Shown here piece by piece: positions 22,770-34,202 of a stretch of DNA of 64,000 bases (position 1 is its first letter; every line of letters starts with the position of its first letter). A model generated the notes under the pieces. The model ran no database searches. It saw only the letters and a program-made list of their open reading frames with translations, and had not been told where the DNA came from. The position numbers and the translations under genes were made by a program. The stretch is from an uncultured Planctomycetota bacterium. GTDB lineage: Bacteria; Planctomycetota; Planctomycetia; Isosphaerales; Isosphaeraceae. The stretch covers positions 1,504,001 through 1,568,000 of the forward strand of contig CAWGMQ010000006.1 of the NCBI GenBank assembly GCA_963823665.1, read 5' to 3'.

Positions 22770-25412
22770 TTACGACGGTCCGTCCTTCGCTCTTAGCTGG
22801 TCGGAGCGTTCGCGATCGGAACGAGCGCCGGCCTCGTCACCGCTGGCGGCGCGAGCATCGCCGCGGGCGCGGTAAATGTCGGCATCGCCGCGGCCAAGGG
22901 CGATGGCCCGATCGAAGTCGGCGATGGCGCGGGCGAAGTCCCGCCGTGTGGCGTGGAGGTTTCCACGGCGGACGCGGGCCTCGGCGTCGTCGGGGTTCAG
23001 GCCGAGCGCCGCATCGAGATCGACCAGGGCGCCGTCGAGGTCGCCCAGCCGGCGACGGGCCTCAGACCGGGCGCGGTGAAGCTCGGGGTAGCGGGTGGAG
23101 AAGCGACCGACAAAGGTCATGAGGCCTTTCTGGCGGGAGTCGAGCGCCCGGTCAAAGTCGGCGATCGCAGAGCGCAATTCGCCGAGCGCCAGCAATGCGA
23201 GTCCTCGATTCAGGGATGCCTCGACGTGGCCCGGGCTGAGCAGGAGCGCCTCGTCGCAGTCGGCGATCGCCCGCTTGTGATCGCCCCTCGCGGCGTGTAG
23301 ATACAGGGCGCGGCAGGCGCGGACCCAGGCGTTCGACGGGTCGAGTTGCAGGGCCGACTCGAAGTCGGCCTCGGCGACCTTGTGAAGGCCCGCGAGCGCC
23401 TCGACGGACGCCCGGTCGGCCAGCTTGATCACGTCCAACGGCGCACCTTCGAAGGCCCGCCCGTAGTCGGCCAGGGCACCCTCATACTCGCCGAGGTGGG
23501 CCCGAACCCAGCCCCGTAGGCGCAGGTAGCTCCGATTGTCGGGCGCGGATCGGAGCGCCTTTTCGACGTCGGCCAGAGCCCGTCCCGGTTCGCCTCGCAT
23601 CGCGAGAGCCAGCGCGCGTTCACCGTAGAAGTGGGGGACGTCCGGGTTCAGCTCGATCGCCAGGTTGAAGTCGGCCACCGCCCCGTCCAGGTCGCCCAGG
23701 TTATGGCGACTCGTGGCGCGATGATAATGGGACCAAGGCTCGCTCGGGACGCGGCGGATGAACTCATCGAGCTCGGCGCGGCCTCGGCCCCATTCGCCAA
23801 GCTCGTTGAAGGCCGAGCCGCGGTGGAAGTAGGCGTTCGTCAGACCTGGATTGAGCCTGAGCGCCTCGTCGCAGTCGGCGATCGCGCCGCGAAAGTCCCG
23901 GACCTTCAGCCGCGCGAAGGCCCGCGCCTCGTGCGCTGCGGCGTCATCGGGGGCGAGGCCGACGGCCGCGTCGAATTCGGCCAGCGCACGGTGCCAGTCC
24001 TCGGCCTTGGCGTACTCCCAGCCGTGGGCGATGCGGGCAGCGAAGGCCGCGGGAACCGGTTGCGGAGCGGCGGATGGGATCTTGGCCCGACGGTCGGGCC
24101 GGAAGAGGACGAGACCGGCGATGACGGCAGCGAGCGCGACGAGCGACGCCAGGGCGAGCGTCAGCCAAGGAACCTTCCGTCGGGCCTTGGAAGCGGACCG
24201 GCGTGCTGGCGCGGGGGCCGGCGGTGTCGGCCCTTGCAGCTCCGCCAGGCGTCCACGGAGCAGTTCTGCGACTTCGTCGGCGGTCGCGAAGCGTCGTTCC
24301 TGATTCTTCGCCATCAGCCGCCCGATCGTCGCGGCGAGCCAGTCGGGCGACTCGGGGTTCAATTGGCGAATCGGCCGCGGCTCGTCGTCGCAGACGCGAC
24401 GAAGGACTGCATAGGCCGAGTCGGTCGCGAACGGGGGCTCGGCCGTGGCCATCGCATAGAGGACGCCGCCCAGGCTGAACAGGTCGGATCGCGGGCCGAG
24501 AGCCTCGCCGCGGGCCTGCTCCGGCGACATGTAATTCGGGGTCCCTGCAATCGTGCCGCTCCGGGTCAGGCCAGGGTCGCTGGCCGCACGCGCGAGGCCG
24601 AAGTCGGTGATCTTGACGCGCTCGACGCCGTTCTCCAGCAGGATGTTCGCCGGCTTGATGTCGCGGTGCACCAGACCCTGCGCGTGGGCAGCCGCCAGGC
24701 CCGAGGCGACCTGCATGCCGATACGGAGGATCTCCTTCAGGCCCAGCGGGCCCTCGCGGTCGATCTTCTCCTGGAGCGACCTGCCCGCGACGAACTGCAT
24801 GATGAGGTAAGGGAGATCCCCCGAATCGTCGACCGCGTGAATGGTGACGACGTGCTCGTGGCAGACGGCCGCGGCTGCCCGCGCCTCGCGGAGGAATCGG
24901 CGGCGGGCCTCCGGGTTGTCGGCCATGGCCGGGGCGAGGATCTTGAGCGCGACAACGCGGTCCAGCGCGGGGTCCATCGCGCGGAAGACCTCGCCCATGC
25001 CGCCCCGGCCAACCCGCTCGATCACTTCATAGGGGCCAATCCGACCAGGCGATTCCGCTCGGTCACGAGGACCAGGCGTGGATCGTCCGAGTGGCGGCGA
25101 CCCGGCGACCGTCGTTTCCCCGGCCGGGGCATGCTCGGTCGTCTGGTTGGTGCTCGGCTTCCCCGGCAACTCGCTCTTCAAGCAGGCCAAGGCCGCCCTG
25201 AGCGCCGGACCGCGCTTCCCGCCAACATCTCCCGCGCCCGGCGTCAGTCCTCCCAGTATCTCGGCCTCGGAGAGGAGCCGGTCCAGTTTCTCCCGACACG
25301 GTCCGCAGGCGTCGAGATGCGCGACGAGCATCCCCCGTTCGTCGTCCGCCAGGGTTCCGGAGACCCACGCGTCGAGTCGTTCTATTTCGGGACAATTCTC
25401 TGCCAACGCCAT
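22770..25412 (-). CDS. Ser/Thr kinase with N-terminal zinc-finger (HxxxCxxC), TM segment and TPR repeats
   Basis: HLDACGPC, GRGGMG, VALK, HRDIKPAN, DFGLA, GTPNYMSPE; many TPRs. Confidence 0.92.
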   Translation of the reverse strand: MALAENCPEIERLDAWVSGTLADDERGMLVAHLDACGPCREKLDRLLSEAEILGGLTPGAGDVGGKRGPALRAALACLKSELPGKPSTNQTTEHAPAGETTVAGSPPLGRSTPGPRDRAESPGRIGPYEVIERVGRGGMGEVFRAMDPALDRVVALKILAPAMADNPEARRRFLREARAAAAVCHEHVVTIHAVDDSGDLPYLIMQFVAGRSLQEKIDREGPLGLKEILRIGMQVASGLAAAHAQGLVHRDIKPANILLENGVERVKITDFGLARAASDPGLTRSGTIAGTPNYMSPEQARGEALGPRSDLFSLGGVLYAMATAEPPFATDSAYAVLRRVCDDEPRPIRQLNPESPDWLAATIGRLMAKNQERRFATADEVAELLRGRLAELQGPTPPAPAPARRSASKARRKVPWLTLALASLVALAAVIAGLVLFRPDRRAKIPSAAPQPVPAAFAARIAHGWEYAKAEDWHRALAEFDAAVGLAPDDAAAHEARAFARLKVRDFRGAIADCDEALRLNPGLTNAYFHRGSAFNELGEWGRGRAELDEFIRRVPSEPWSHYHRATSRHNLGDLDGAVADFNLAIELNPDVPHFYGERALALAMRGEPGRALADVEKALRSAPDNRSYLRLRGWVRAHLGEYEGALADYGRAFEGAPLDVIKLADRASVEALAGLHKVAEADFESALQLDPSNAWVRACRALYLHAARGDHKRAIADCDEALLLSPGHVEASLNRGLALLALGELRSAIADFDRALDSRQKGLMTFVGRFSTRYPELHRARSEARRRLGDLDGALVDLDAALGLNPDDAEARVRRGNLHATRRDFARAIADFDRAIALGRGDADIYRARGDARAASGDEAGARSDRERSDQLRAKDGPS

Positions 25413-25429
25413 TCGGACCTCCCACGACA

Positions 25430-26056
25430 CTAGTCAGGCAGGCCGTCCTGCCGTGCCCGACCGATCTCTTCCCGCAGGCGCGCCAGCACGCGGCATTTGG
25501 CCGCATACACGGCTCCGATGCTCATCCCCAGGGAGGCCGACGCCTCGCTGGGGGCGCATCCTTCGACGGCGCAAAGCCAGAACGCCCGCCAGGTCGTGGG
25601 CCGGAACTCGTTGCGGATGTGCTCCGTAGCCCAGTCGAGCAGTCGCTGACCGAACGCTTGGTCCCACTCGGCCCCTTCGTCGCCCTCGTCGATGGCGTCT
25701 GCACTTCCGCTTTCCTTCGCTTCCAGGTGCTTGTGGACGTCCGTGTCGCCGGTCCCCCGGTCGCCGGGCCGTCGCCGACGCACGGAATCCAGGAGTTTCG
25801 TCCGCGTCACGGTGAAGAGCCAGCTCCGGAACGCCCCGCGTGACGGGTCATATGTGAATCGTTCGGCCGTGGCTGCCACGGCCCGGAGGACGTCCTGTGT
25901 CAGGTCGGCCGCGTCAGCGTCCTGGAGGCCGCGACGGCGGCCAAAGTCATAGACCAATGGACCGTAGATGTCGACGAACTCACCCCACGCCACGCCGTCG
26001 CGAGGGTCCCGGATTCGCGCCAGCAAGCTGGGCCGCGTGGGCGGCGGATCACTCAT
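25430..26056 (-). CDS. ECF sigma-70 factor (kinase-associated)
   Basis: TRPSLLARI, YGPLVY, DAADLTQDV, FRSWLFTV, AVYAAKCRVLARLR. Confidence 0.92.
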   Translation of the reverse strand: MSDPPPTRPSLLARIRDPRDGVAWGEFVDIYGPLVYDFGRRRGLQDADAADLTQDVLRAVAATAERFTYDPSRGAFRSWLFTVTRTKLLDSVRRRRPGDRGTGDTDVHKHLEAKESGSADAIDEGDEGAEWDQAFGQRLLDWATEHIRNEFRPTTWRAFWLCAVEGCAPSEASASLGMSIGAVYAAKCRVLARLREEIGRARQDGLPD

Positions 26057-26512
26057 AGAGGTTTGTCCTCAGGTGTAGTACGCAGGTTTTGGGAGATCTT
26101 ACGCGGCGCCCTTGATTTTCGCGGCCTGCGCGGGCGTCCGCAAGCGATTTGGTGAGGCGATGATCATCGTAAACCTTGATGCCGCCTGGGGAACGGGGGG
26201 GCGGGGCGATGTCGGAAATTCTCCCCGCGAATCAAGCGCAGCCCGGGCTGGCGGCCGGGCGAGTAGACTCGCGAGCATCAGCTCCTGAGCGCCGCAGGAA
26301 TCGCGTATTCTCCTGGGGAGGCCATGCGTAAGAGCCCGCTGCCGGGACCAACAAAGGCTGTGGCTTCATGCCCTCGCAGCGCGGAGGCCCGAGCGGGGAA
26401 AGACAGGCTGGACGAGTCGGGTCGAGCCCCGTGTTGGTCGACCAGGTTTCCGCCGTGATAATCAATCTAGCGCGGCGGCTTGATTCTCATCTTGATCGTA
26501 CTTGAGTGCGCA

Positions 26513-26608
26513 GAGCGCGACCGATGGCAACAAAGAGCCAGCGCAAGGAGGATCTGAAATCGAAGACCGGCGCGAGCTCAGGCTCCTTCCCGCTGGCGGA
26601 GGAAGTGA
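26513..26608 (+). repeat. Diverged 96-bp direct repeat of 34696-34791 (5' end of a small ORF)
   Basis: Manual ungapped alignment gives about 79/96 identities; encodes MATKSQRKEDLK..FPLAEEV vs MATKSRSKEDQK..FPLTEEV. Confidence 0.8.
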
Positions 26609-26626
26609 GAACGCAGGCCCGGCCTG

Positions 26627-27030
26627 TCAGACGGATCTCGGCCAGGGAAGGGTTGATGTATCACCGGGGTTCGTAATTGTCGCATCGACTGTTAGAGCTG
26701 CAAGTAGCACCGGCGTGTTTGCCGACGACAACGACACAGGATTGCCCGAGAACGTGGAGTCGTTTCCGATGAACGTGTCGTTCGGGTAGACCGTTAAAGA
26801 AGCAGCCCCTCCGACGCTAGAACTCACCTGCGCGAAGCTATCGCCTGCAAACACGTGTTGGCTGCTCGACAGATACGCGAAGGTCTGCGAAGACGAGAAT
26901 CGCAGTTCGTTCGGGCCTGTGATCTGAAGCGCGAACGCGAGATTGTTGAGAAGATCGGGATTCGTGGGGCTTGCGGTGCTCGCAAGCTCTACGTCGATCG
27001 TCCCCGTGCCACAATGCGCGATCGTCGCAT
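26627..27030 (-). pseudogene. Fragment of a secreted (PEP-CTERM-like) beta-sandwich protein
   Basis: S/T/N-rich GTGTIDVEL..FALQITGP..VFAGDSF..LLAALTVDA, lacking a signal peptide and C-terminal anchor. Confidence 0.45.
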
Positions 27031-27064
27031 TCCAAGAGCAACGCGAACGATCCACCAGCGCCGC

Positions 27065-29681
27065 TCATCCGAGCGAGAGCCCCGACCCAAGTTTCCGCCC
27101 CTTGGAGCGCGTGGCGAGCGTGAGGTCTAACGCAGTCACGGCGCCGTCGCCATTCACGTCAGCATTCAGCGCCGTTATCCCGGTTGGACTTGTAGCGCCG
27201 ATCGCGGCCGCGATGGAATTCAGATCATTGCTATCCACAATGCCGTCGCCAGTCACATCGCCGAGCAGGCGGTAGAAATAATGCACGGCTTCCTGCCCAT
27301 TCGGCAAAAACACATCGAGCTCGTAATAGCCGTCGCCAGCGGTCGTGTTCGCGTTGCCGCCCACGCCGTTCTGGCCAAAATCGAGCTCGATCGCATGGTC
27401 GATCACTGCACGCGCTCACGCCCGCAAGCGACACGGATGACTTGCTCGACGCGTCGCCATTGAGATCGTATTTGTAAAGTTCAATGTCCGGATTCGACGT
27501 TCCAACCGAAGCCACGATCTGTGTCAGCGCTCCTCCGCTCTGACGGTCGGACTCATTGAAGACGACGTCGAGATAGCGGATGTACGACCGCTCGATGGCG
27601 CCGTGCTCTACGACAAGGCTCGTCATCTGGAGCGCGGACGGCAGGGCGAAGGTCTCGGTCAAGCGCAGGTTGGAGGTCGCCGGAGGAGTCTGGATGTTGC
27701 CGGCGCCGTCGAGCCCAATGCTAAAGAACGAATAGGTGTGCTGCGTTCCGTCTGTTAAACCCTGGTAGGGAATCGTGGCATGCACATTCCCCTGGCTGTC
27801 GGGCGGTCCGGCCGGTATGGCCGCGCCGACTTGCGAGTACACGCCGGCGTCAACGGCCACGAAAATCTTGAAATAGGTCAATCCGCTCCCACCCGCATCC
27901 GCTCCAGTGATGCTAAGTGTGAACATGCCTGTGGAGGGATTGACAAGACTTGGGTTGGGGCCGGTCGTTCCGTCGACGGAGGTCACTGGCGGGGTCAGGT
28001 CTGGGAGGTACGTGCTTGCCTCGATCACTGGTTTCTTGACCTCAGTGTTGCCGGCTTTGTCCGTGGCGACGCTGTAGAAGGCGTAGGTCATGTTGCTTTG
28101 GCCGTCGAAGGTGGCTGAGGCGGTTTTGAGCGGAAGCGTGCCGACCGCCGGCGTAAGGGTCTGCCAAAGCGTCCATGGCCGGCCGTTAGTCGAGACATAG
28201 ACGGCAAATGACGCGACGCCGGAAGGTGGACTTCCTTCCGGGCCGGCTGGGTCGATACCGGTCACAGAGACTGTAAAGCTGAGACTGGTGCCTCGCTCCG
28301 GAAGGGGGCTCACCTGGCTCGCAGGCGGCGTGGTGTCCATCAGCCAAGACGTGGACATGGATCCCACGCCAGGGTCGCCGTCTTGGTCGTGCATGACGCC
28401 AGCATTCACCGATAGCATGTACTTACCCTGCTGCGCCGTCAGAGCCGGCAGATTCATAATCGCGTAAGTATATCCAGAAATATCTCCAGAAATGAGCATC
28501 AGCCCCAACTGATCGGTGGTCGCAATCGTCGCGCCATCGAGGGTGAGCGTCAATGCAGACGAGGATAGATCATCGATGCTTATCGGCTCGCTAAAGGTCA
28601 CGTCAACGACCGAGACCGGCGTTGTCCTTGGGTTGGGCAAGACATTTGTTATTGAGTTGATTGTCGCCGGTGAGTAGGCCACGGATGCGATGTTGTTGGT
28701 TTTGTCGGACTCTGCAATCGCGTTGTTGGGATCGAGTTCGGCGAGCAGATACTTGGCGTCCGGGGGTGCTGACTGAAGATCTTGCTGGTCGACATGCATC
28801 GTCTGGGGCTGACCGACCGGGGTCGTGCTGGGGATGGGAATCGGCGTCGCCGCGGGCTCGAGGATGGTGTCTTCGGTTGTCCCGCTGGCCCAGTAGAAGC
28901 CGGCGCTTGTGTCCTGAGGGAGCGCCGCGTAGTTCACCTGGTAGCCCAAGTCGACACCACCCTGTGAAGTGTTCCAGGTCAAAGAAGTCGCGACGAGGTC
29001 GGGATAATTTCCGACCATCAAGGTGAACGACCCGACGAAATCAGGATACCCGTCCGGGTTTGCATCATAGGCTTCGACACGATCGACACCGTACACGTAC
29101 GGATCGGCCCAGAAGAAATCTGTAAGCGTTATAGGCGTCCCACCATCATTGAAGGTCACGGTTCCAGCACCGGGGACACGAGTACCGTCGTTGAGGGCGA
29201 TCGTCCTCCCACTATCTGGGGAAAACGGCGGCACTGTCGAGTCGGCGCGAGTTGGGGCGAAGGCGGAGATTGATGGCAAGTTGCTTCCGCCAAAGAACAG
29301 GTTCAGACCCTCATAGCCTGTCGAAAGTCCGGGCTCGCCGAAGATCGTGAACATATTCTCGCCAGGCTGGAGCGGAATGTTGATGCTAGCCTGGGCATCA
29401 CTTGGCCCGTTGATGAACGGGCTTGTCAGCCCGTCGGGATTCCCATTCGGCGTACCAGGTGCGACGAAAAGGTCGTAGAATCCACCGGCGCCGGGAACTG
29501 TGTCCCATACCTGTCCGCCTGTTTCTGATCCGCCGGAATCGGTGCTGAACGAGAGCAAACCAGTCAGGTTTGTCAAAAGAGCACGTGCTTCGAGCGCCTC
29601 GAGGTGTGGATTCAACTGGGGTCGTCTCTTGGTGTGTCCCTTCGTAACCGACCGCGACTTCGCAGGTGAGAAAGCTGACAT
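27065..29681 (-). CDS. Surface protein with LE.R.LL leader, CARDB-like and Ig-like domains and a C-terminal dockerin-type domain; frameshift near 27410
   Basis: LEALEARALL; PDLVATS..DPNNAIAESDKTNN; DTTPP repeats; GDVTGDGIVDSND..ADVNGDGAVTALD. Confidence 0.8.
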
Positions 29682-29757
29682 CGCTGATGCCTCTCGATTG
29701 AATGTGTGACCGGCACAGTTTAAGGGTAAGCGAGTTTGGATATGCCTCCTTAAGTGA

Positions 29758-29785
29758 AGACAATGGTAAGTCAAATTCGTCACGC
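29758..29785 (-). promoter_or_regulatory. Putative ECF promoter GCGTGAC-N16-TGTCT upstream of the surface-protein gene
   Basis: Same boxes and spacing as 34030-34057; about 77 nt upstream of the ATG at 29681. Confidence 0.65.
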
Positions 29786-29881
29786 TCCTTCGGTGAATTC
29801 CTTGATATGGATGTATGCTTGCGCCGTGCGGGTCGAGACGGTCCGAGGTCTGCGGCGTCGCATTTCCGCTAGAGGGCTGGA

Positions 29882-32800
29882 TCACCAGCCGAGACCGACT
29901 TCGGCCAAGCGATGCTGGACTTCGTCCAGATCGCAGACGACGACGCTGCCGTCGGCGTTGCCCCAGGCCACTTGTCGGCCGTCGGGGCTGAACCGGGTCT
30001 CAAGGGAGCCCACCTCAGAATCAGTGGCGACCTGAAGCAAAGGCGACCTGAGCTCTCGGTCATAGATTGAATAGATCAGGCATCGATCCGCCGTTCCGGC
30101 GTGGGCGATCCCGAGCCAACGCCTTGCACCCGGGCTCAGGCATTTCGGGCCCTTGTCGAGGCTGCCTAACACCGCGCGGGTGGGCATCTCCAGCAGGATC
30201 GTGCGACCTTCGTCGCTGAAGCTGAGGACCTTGCCGGTCGGGTCGAACTGGAACGACATGCCGACATCCAGGCTTGCCCGTGATGGTAACGTCCAGAGTT
30301 TCTCACCGGTGACGGCATCGTAGAGGTTCATGGAACGGCTGTCGCCGTTGGGGCCACCGATTCCGCCGACCACAAAATACTTTCCGTCGGGGGCGGCCCG
30401 CGATTGATGGACGTGCCGGTTGAAGTCCGTGATGGTGAGGAGCGGTTCCTTCGGCCGGTCGCCAAGCAAGTTGCGAAGCCGCAGTACCCGCGGGTGATCC
30501 GCCGGGCTCGTTGAGCCGTCGGGCGCGGTCTTGCCGTCTCTCGTTTCCATACGGAGCAGCATAAGCTGGTTGGGCTCGCGGAAAACCAGCGTGTCCGATA
30601 AGCCATCGGGCAGAGTCCAGGCTCCCAGTTCCTCGCCCGTTTCGGTGTCCCACAGCTTCGCCTCACGGCCGGCGGAGAAAGCGAAGCGTCGCCCGTCGGG
30701 ACTGAAGGCCAGGGCGGAACTGTCCGCGACCAATCCCTGAGGACCTTCCAGCACGCCGCGAAGTCGGCCGGAACCCCGGTCCCAAATCGCGACTCGAAAA
30801 TCCTGGGAGACCCCCGCGACGAGCCGTCCGTCGGGGGAGAAGATCGTCTTCTCGACCTGCCCCCTCAGTCCACGGAGGGTGCGGATGCCACGTCCTTCCA
30901 CCAATTCGTAGACGTCGACGCCCCCCGGGTAACCGAAGGCGGCCCGACTGCCGACGGCCAGCCTCGTGCCGTCCGGCGAGAACGCCACCGAGGTCATGAC
31001 GTTTCTGGGGTCCAGTTCGAGGAGCAACCGTCCCGTGGCGACATCCCAGAGCCTAGCCCGATCCCGGCCCGCCGAGGCCAGGGTCGCACCGTCGGGGCTG
31101 AAGGCGATGGCATGGACGTCGTAGTGTGAGCCGCGGCAATACGTCGTCGGAACCCTCTTCCCGATGTCCCAAACCGTCACCGTGCCGCCGGCATCCCCGC
31201 ACGCCATCAACCAATGCGCCGGGGCGGTTGTCCGGCCGGAGCGACCGGGAACCGGGCCGAAGGCTATGCTCCGAATGGGAGTCGACCCCGAACCGAACGT
31301 CGCAAGAGGAGCAGACTCCGGCATCGACCAGAGTCGGATGTGCCCGGTCTCGTCCCAGGCGATGAGCAGGCTTGCATCCGGCGAGAAAGCGAGGTCAGCC
31401 GCTTGAAAATCGATCCTGGGCATTATTCGACCCGACGATGCCTCCCAGACGAGGAGGTTTCGCTTGCCCGCGGCCGGCTCCACCACCGCGCCGACGTAGG
31501 TCCCCTCGGGCGAGAGGGCGTAGGCCTTGAGCCTCGCTGCATCATCGAGCAACGGGAACACCCTGACCACCTGCTTGCCGGCATCCCAGAGCTGGAGCAA
31601 AAATCGGCCGGTTTTCGCGTCCCTGGTTGTCCCCAGTTGCAGGAGGGTCCCGTCGGCACGGAACGCGAACGGGCCCTCCATCGAGGGGCCTTGCATCTCG
31701 ATGTGGCCCGTCGTCCGATCCCAGGTCCTGAGTTTCTCCCCGCCTCCCCCAATCCACAGCCGTTTGCCGTCGGGATCGAACGACAGCGAGGATGTGGGGG
31801 TTGCCATCCGCTTAACCGGGCGGGCGTCGATGCCGATCAGCGTGGCGGCGACTTGCCGCTGGAACGAACCGGCGTCGCCGGGCTCTAGTCGCGCAGCCTT
31901 GCGGACCAGGCTCCAAGCATCGGCCGACCAGCCGGTGAAGTGGGGTGTCAGCCGAATGCGAAGGATTTGCTGCATCAACGATTCATAACGACTTTCTCGT
32001 GCCCGAGCCTCCGCCAGAGCCACGGCCGCGATCGCACGCCCCCGGGCCCGCGCGATCAAGATGATGCCGGCGGACAAGAACATGACCGCTGTCAGAAGGA
32101 TCGAGACGGCCGTCACTGCCGCACGACGATGTCGTCGTACCCATCGCCACGACCGATCCATGAGGCTTGGCCGTCGCGCCCAGATCGGCTTACGGTCCAG
32201 GAAACGCCGCAGGTCTTGCGACAACTCCTGGGCGGTGGCGTAGCGATCATCGCGTTCCTTGGCCATCGCCTTCAGGACGATCATCTCGAGATCGCGCGGG
32301 ATAGCGGGGTTTACCCGTCGCGGGGCCTTCGGTTCTTCCTCGACGATCCGTCGCATCAGGTCCAACTGGTCGACGCCCTCGAAGGCAGGCCGCCGTGCGA
32401 GCAACTCGTAAAGTGTTGCGCCCAATGAATAGATATCAGTCCGATGGTCAACCGCTACTCGACCGGCCTGGACCTGCTCGGGACTCATGTAACGGGGCGT
32501 GCCCGGCAACTCTCCGGTCGTCGTCGCGTGGGCTCCCCCCTGGACGTGTGCCAGGCCGAAATCGGTGATCCACACATTGCCCCGAGCATCGAGCAACAAG
32601 TTCGAGGGCTTGATGTCGCGGTGCACCACGCCCTGCCGATGGGCGTAATCCAGGGCATCAGCCGCCTGGAACCCCCACTGGGCCACGTCCCTGGCCCAAT
32701 GGCGAGCGTGCGCCGTGGCCCAGGACTGCGACGGCCCGGATCGCGACCCCGACGTCACGCCATTGCTGCAAGCGCCGTTGAACCCAGATGGTTCGTAGTC

Positions 32801-33347
32801 TGCGACGGGCTCGACCCGACCGGACTCCGGGATGGCCTTGATCAGTGCGACCAAGTTTTGGCCGTCGATGAGCTGCATCGTATAAAAGTGGACCCCCTGC
32901 TCGCAGCCGCAATCGACGATTGGCACGATGTGACGATGGCGCAGGAGTTTCGCCGCCGGGATCTCGACCTCAATGAACCACTTGAGTTGCTGAGGGTCCA
33001 TCGCCGCGGCCCTCGTCAAGACCTTGATGGCCACGCGGCGGCCCAGCGAGAACCTGCTCGGCCTCGTAGACGATCCCCATACCGCCCCTGCCCAGCTCGC
33101 GGAGGATCCGATAGTCCTCGAAGGTGGGAACGATGTTGCCCGCGAGGGTCCCGAGAGCCTTGTGGGCCGCGAGGAGGGGTGCCAGGTCATCGGCGTGCGC
33201 GGGGTAGTTGGCTAATAATTGCTCCGGATCGGCTGGGTGGCCCGCCTGGATACGTTCCAGAAAGTGGTCGAAGATGATTGTCGCCTCGATCTCCTCCGAG
33301 CCCGTGGCGCCGGTATCTTCGAGAGGCTGGTCTTCGTTGATAGTCAT
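29882..33347 (-). CDS. Ser/Thr kinase with WD40 repeats; frameshift near 33055
   Basis: ELGRGGMGIVYEAEQ / SLGRRVAIKVL, HRDIKPSN, DFGLA, GTPRYMSPE; repeated FSPDG. Confidence 0.9.
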
Positions 33348-33949
33348 GGCTCTTCCTGTAGCTTCTTCTTCAGTGCCTTCGCGGCTCGCGACAGGAGCTC
33401 GCGCGACGCCCCTTCGGTGCGGCCCATCCGTCTAGCGATCTCCCTGTGCGGGACAGTCTCCACGAAGCGCAAGATCAGCACTTGCTGGTAGTCGACCGGC
33501 AATGACCCCAGGGCGTTGGCCGTCAATACGGCCTGTTCCCGCCGCGATGCGTGGGCGCTGGGGGTGGACCCCGAGGCGGCCAGGGCTTGGTGGACCTCCT
33601 CACCGGCCCTTTCGAGTAAGACCTCCAGCGACCCCGGACGTCGGCCCGGTCTTCCTTGATTCTCGAGGAGGTTGAGCACGTGGTTCTTCAGGATTTTACG
33701 CAACCATCCGACCAAGGCCCGTTCGTCGCTCCCGTTGAACGTGGTGAACTTAAGGCACGCCTTGAGGTTCGTCTCCTGGACGACATCGGAAACGTCCACA
33801 GACGCGTGCGAGGCCGTACGCAGCAGGGAGGCCGCCATCAGTTTCAGGTAGGTATGGCATGAGTCGAGCAAACAGCCTATGGCGACGGTGTCGCCGCCCC
33901 TGGCTCGTTGCAAGAGGACGTCGAAGGACTCGTTACGATTTGCCAACAT
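33344..33949 (-). CDS. ECF sigma-70 factor, Planctomycetaceae type
   Basis: LLQRARGGD, DVSDVVQET, GWLRKIL, TPSAHASRRE, EIARRMGRT; ATGA overlap with the kinase gene. Confidence 0.92.
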   Translation of the reverse strand: MLANRNESFDVLLQRARGGDTVAIGCLLDSCHTYLKLMAASLLRTASHASVDVSDVVQETNLKACLKFTTFNGSDERALVGWLRKILKNHVLNLLENQGRPGRRPGSLEVLLERAGEEVHQALAASGSTPSAHASRREQAVLTANALGSLPVDYQQVLILRFVETVPHREIARRMGRTEGASRELLSRAAKALKKKLQEEP

Positions 33950-34029
33950 CGGCTGTCCCCTCGATCGTTGGTGGATACCTCTGTTGTGGCCGAGGAATCT
34001 CCTGCGAAACCGAATGGCCTCTCTATTAG

Positions 34030-34057
34030 AGACAGCCGCATGACGCAGTTGTCACGC
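34030..34057 (-). promoter_or_regulatory. Putative autoregulatory ECF promoter GCGTGAC-N16-TGTCT
   Basis: Plus strand AGACA-N16-GTCACGC, about 81 nt upstream of the ECF start; identical boxes at 29758-29785. Confidence 0.65.
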
Positions 34058-34114
34058 GCCGCGTAAGAATCATGGCGCCAGGAGAATGATTGAGTGCATG
34101 ACACGACGTCACTG

Positions 34115-34202
34115 CTCGGCAGGAGCCTCGCTCTCCCGACATTGAACAGCGCTCTTGTGAGGATAACGCACGCACCGCTCGGCAGGAGCCTCGCATTCCC
34201 GA
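34115..34202. repeat. Pair of REP-like repeats
   Basis: GCTCGGCAGGAGCCTCGCTCTCCCGA and GCTCGGCAGGAGCCTCGCATTCCCGA. Confidence 0.65.

Noticed and set aside
22744..26103. Shared ECF promoter for cassette 1 (CGTAAG...CGT)
   Set aside because: The spacers differ (18 vs 15 nt) and one CGTAAG includes the kinase stop codon, so the match is unconvincing.
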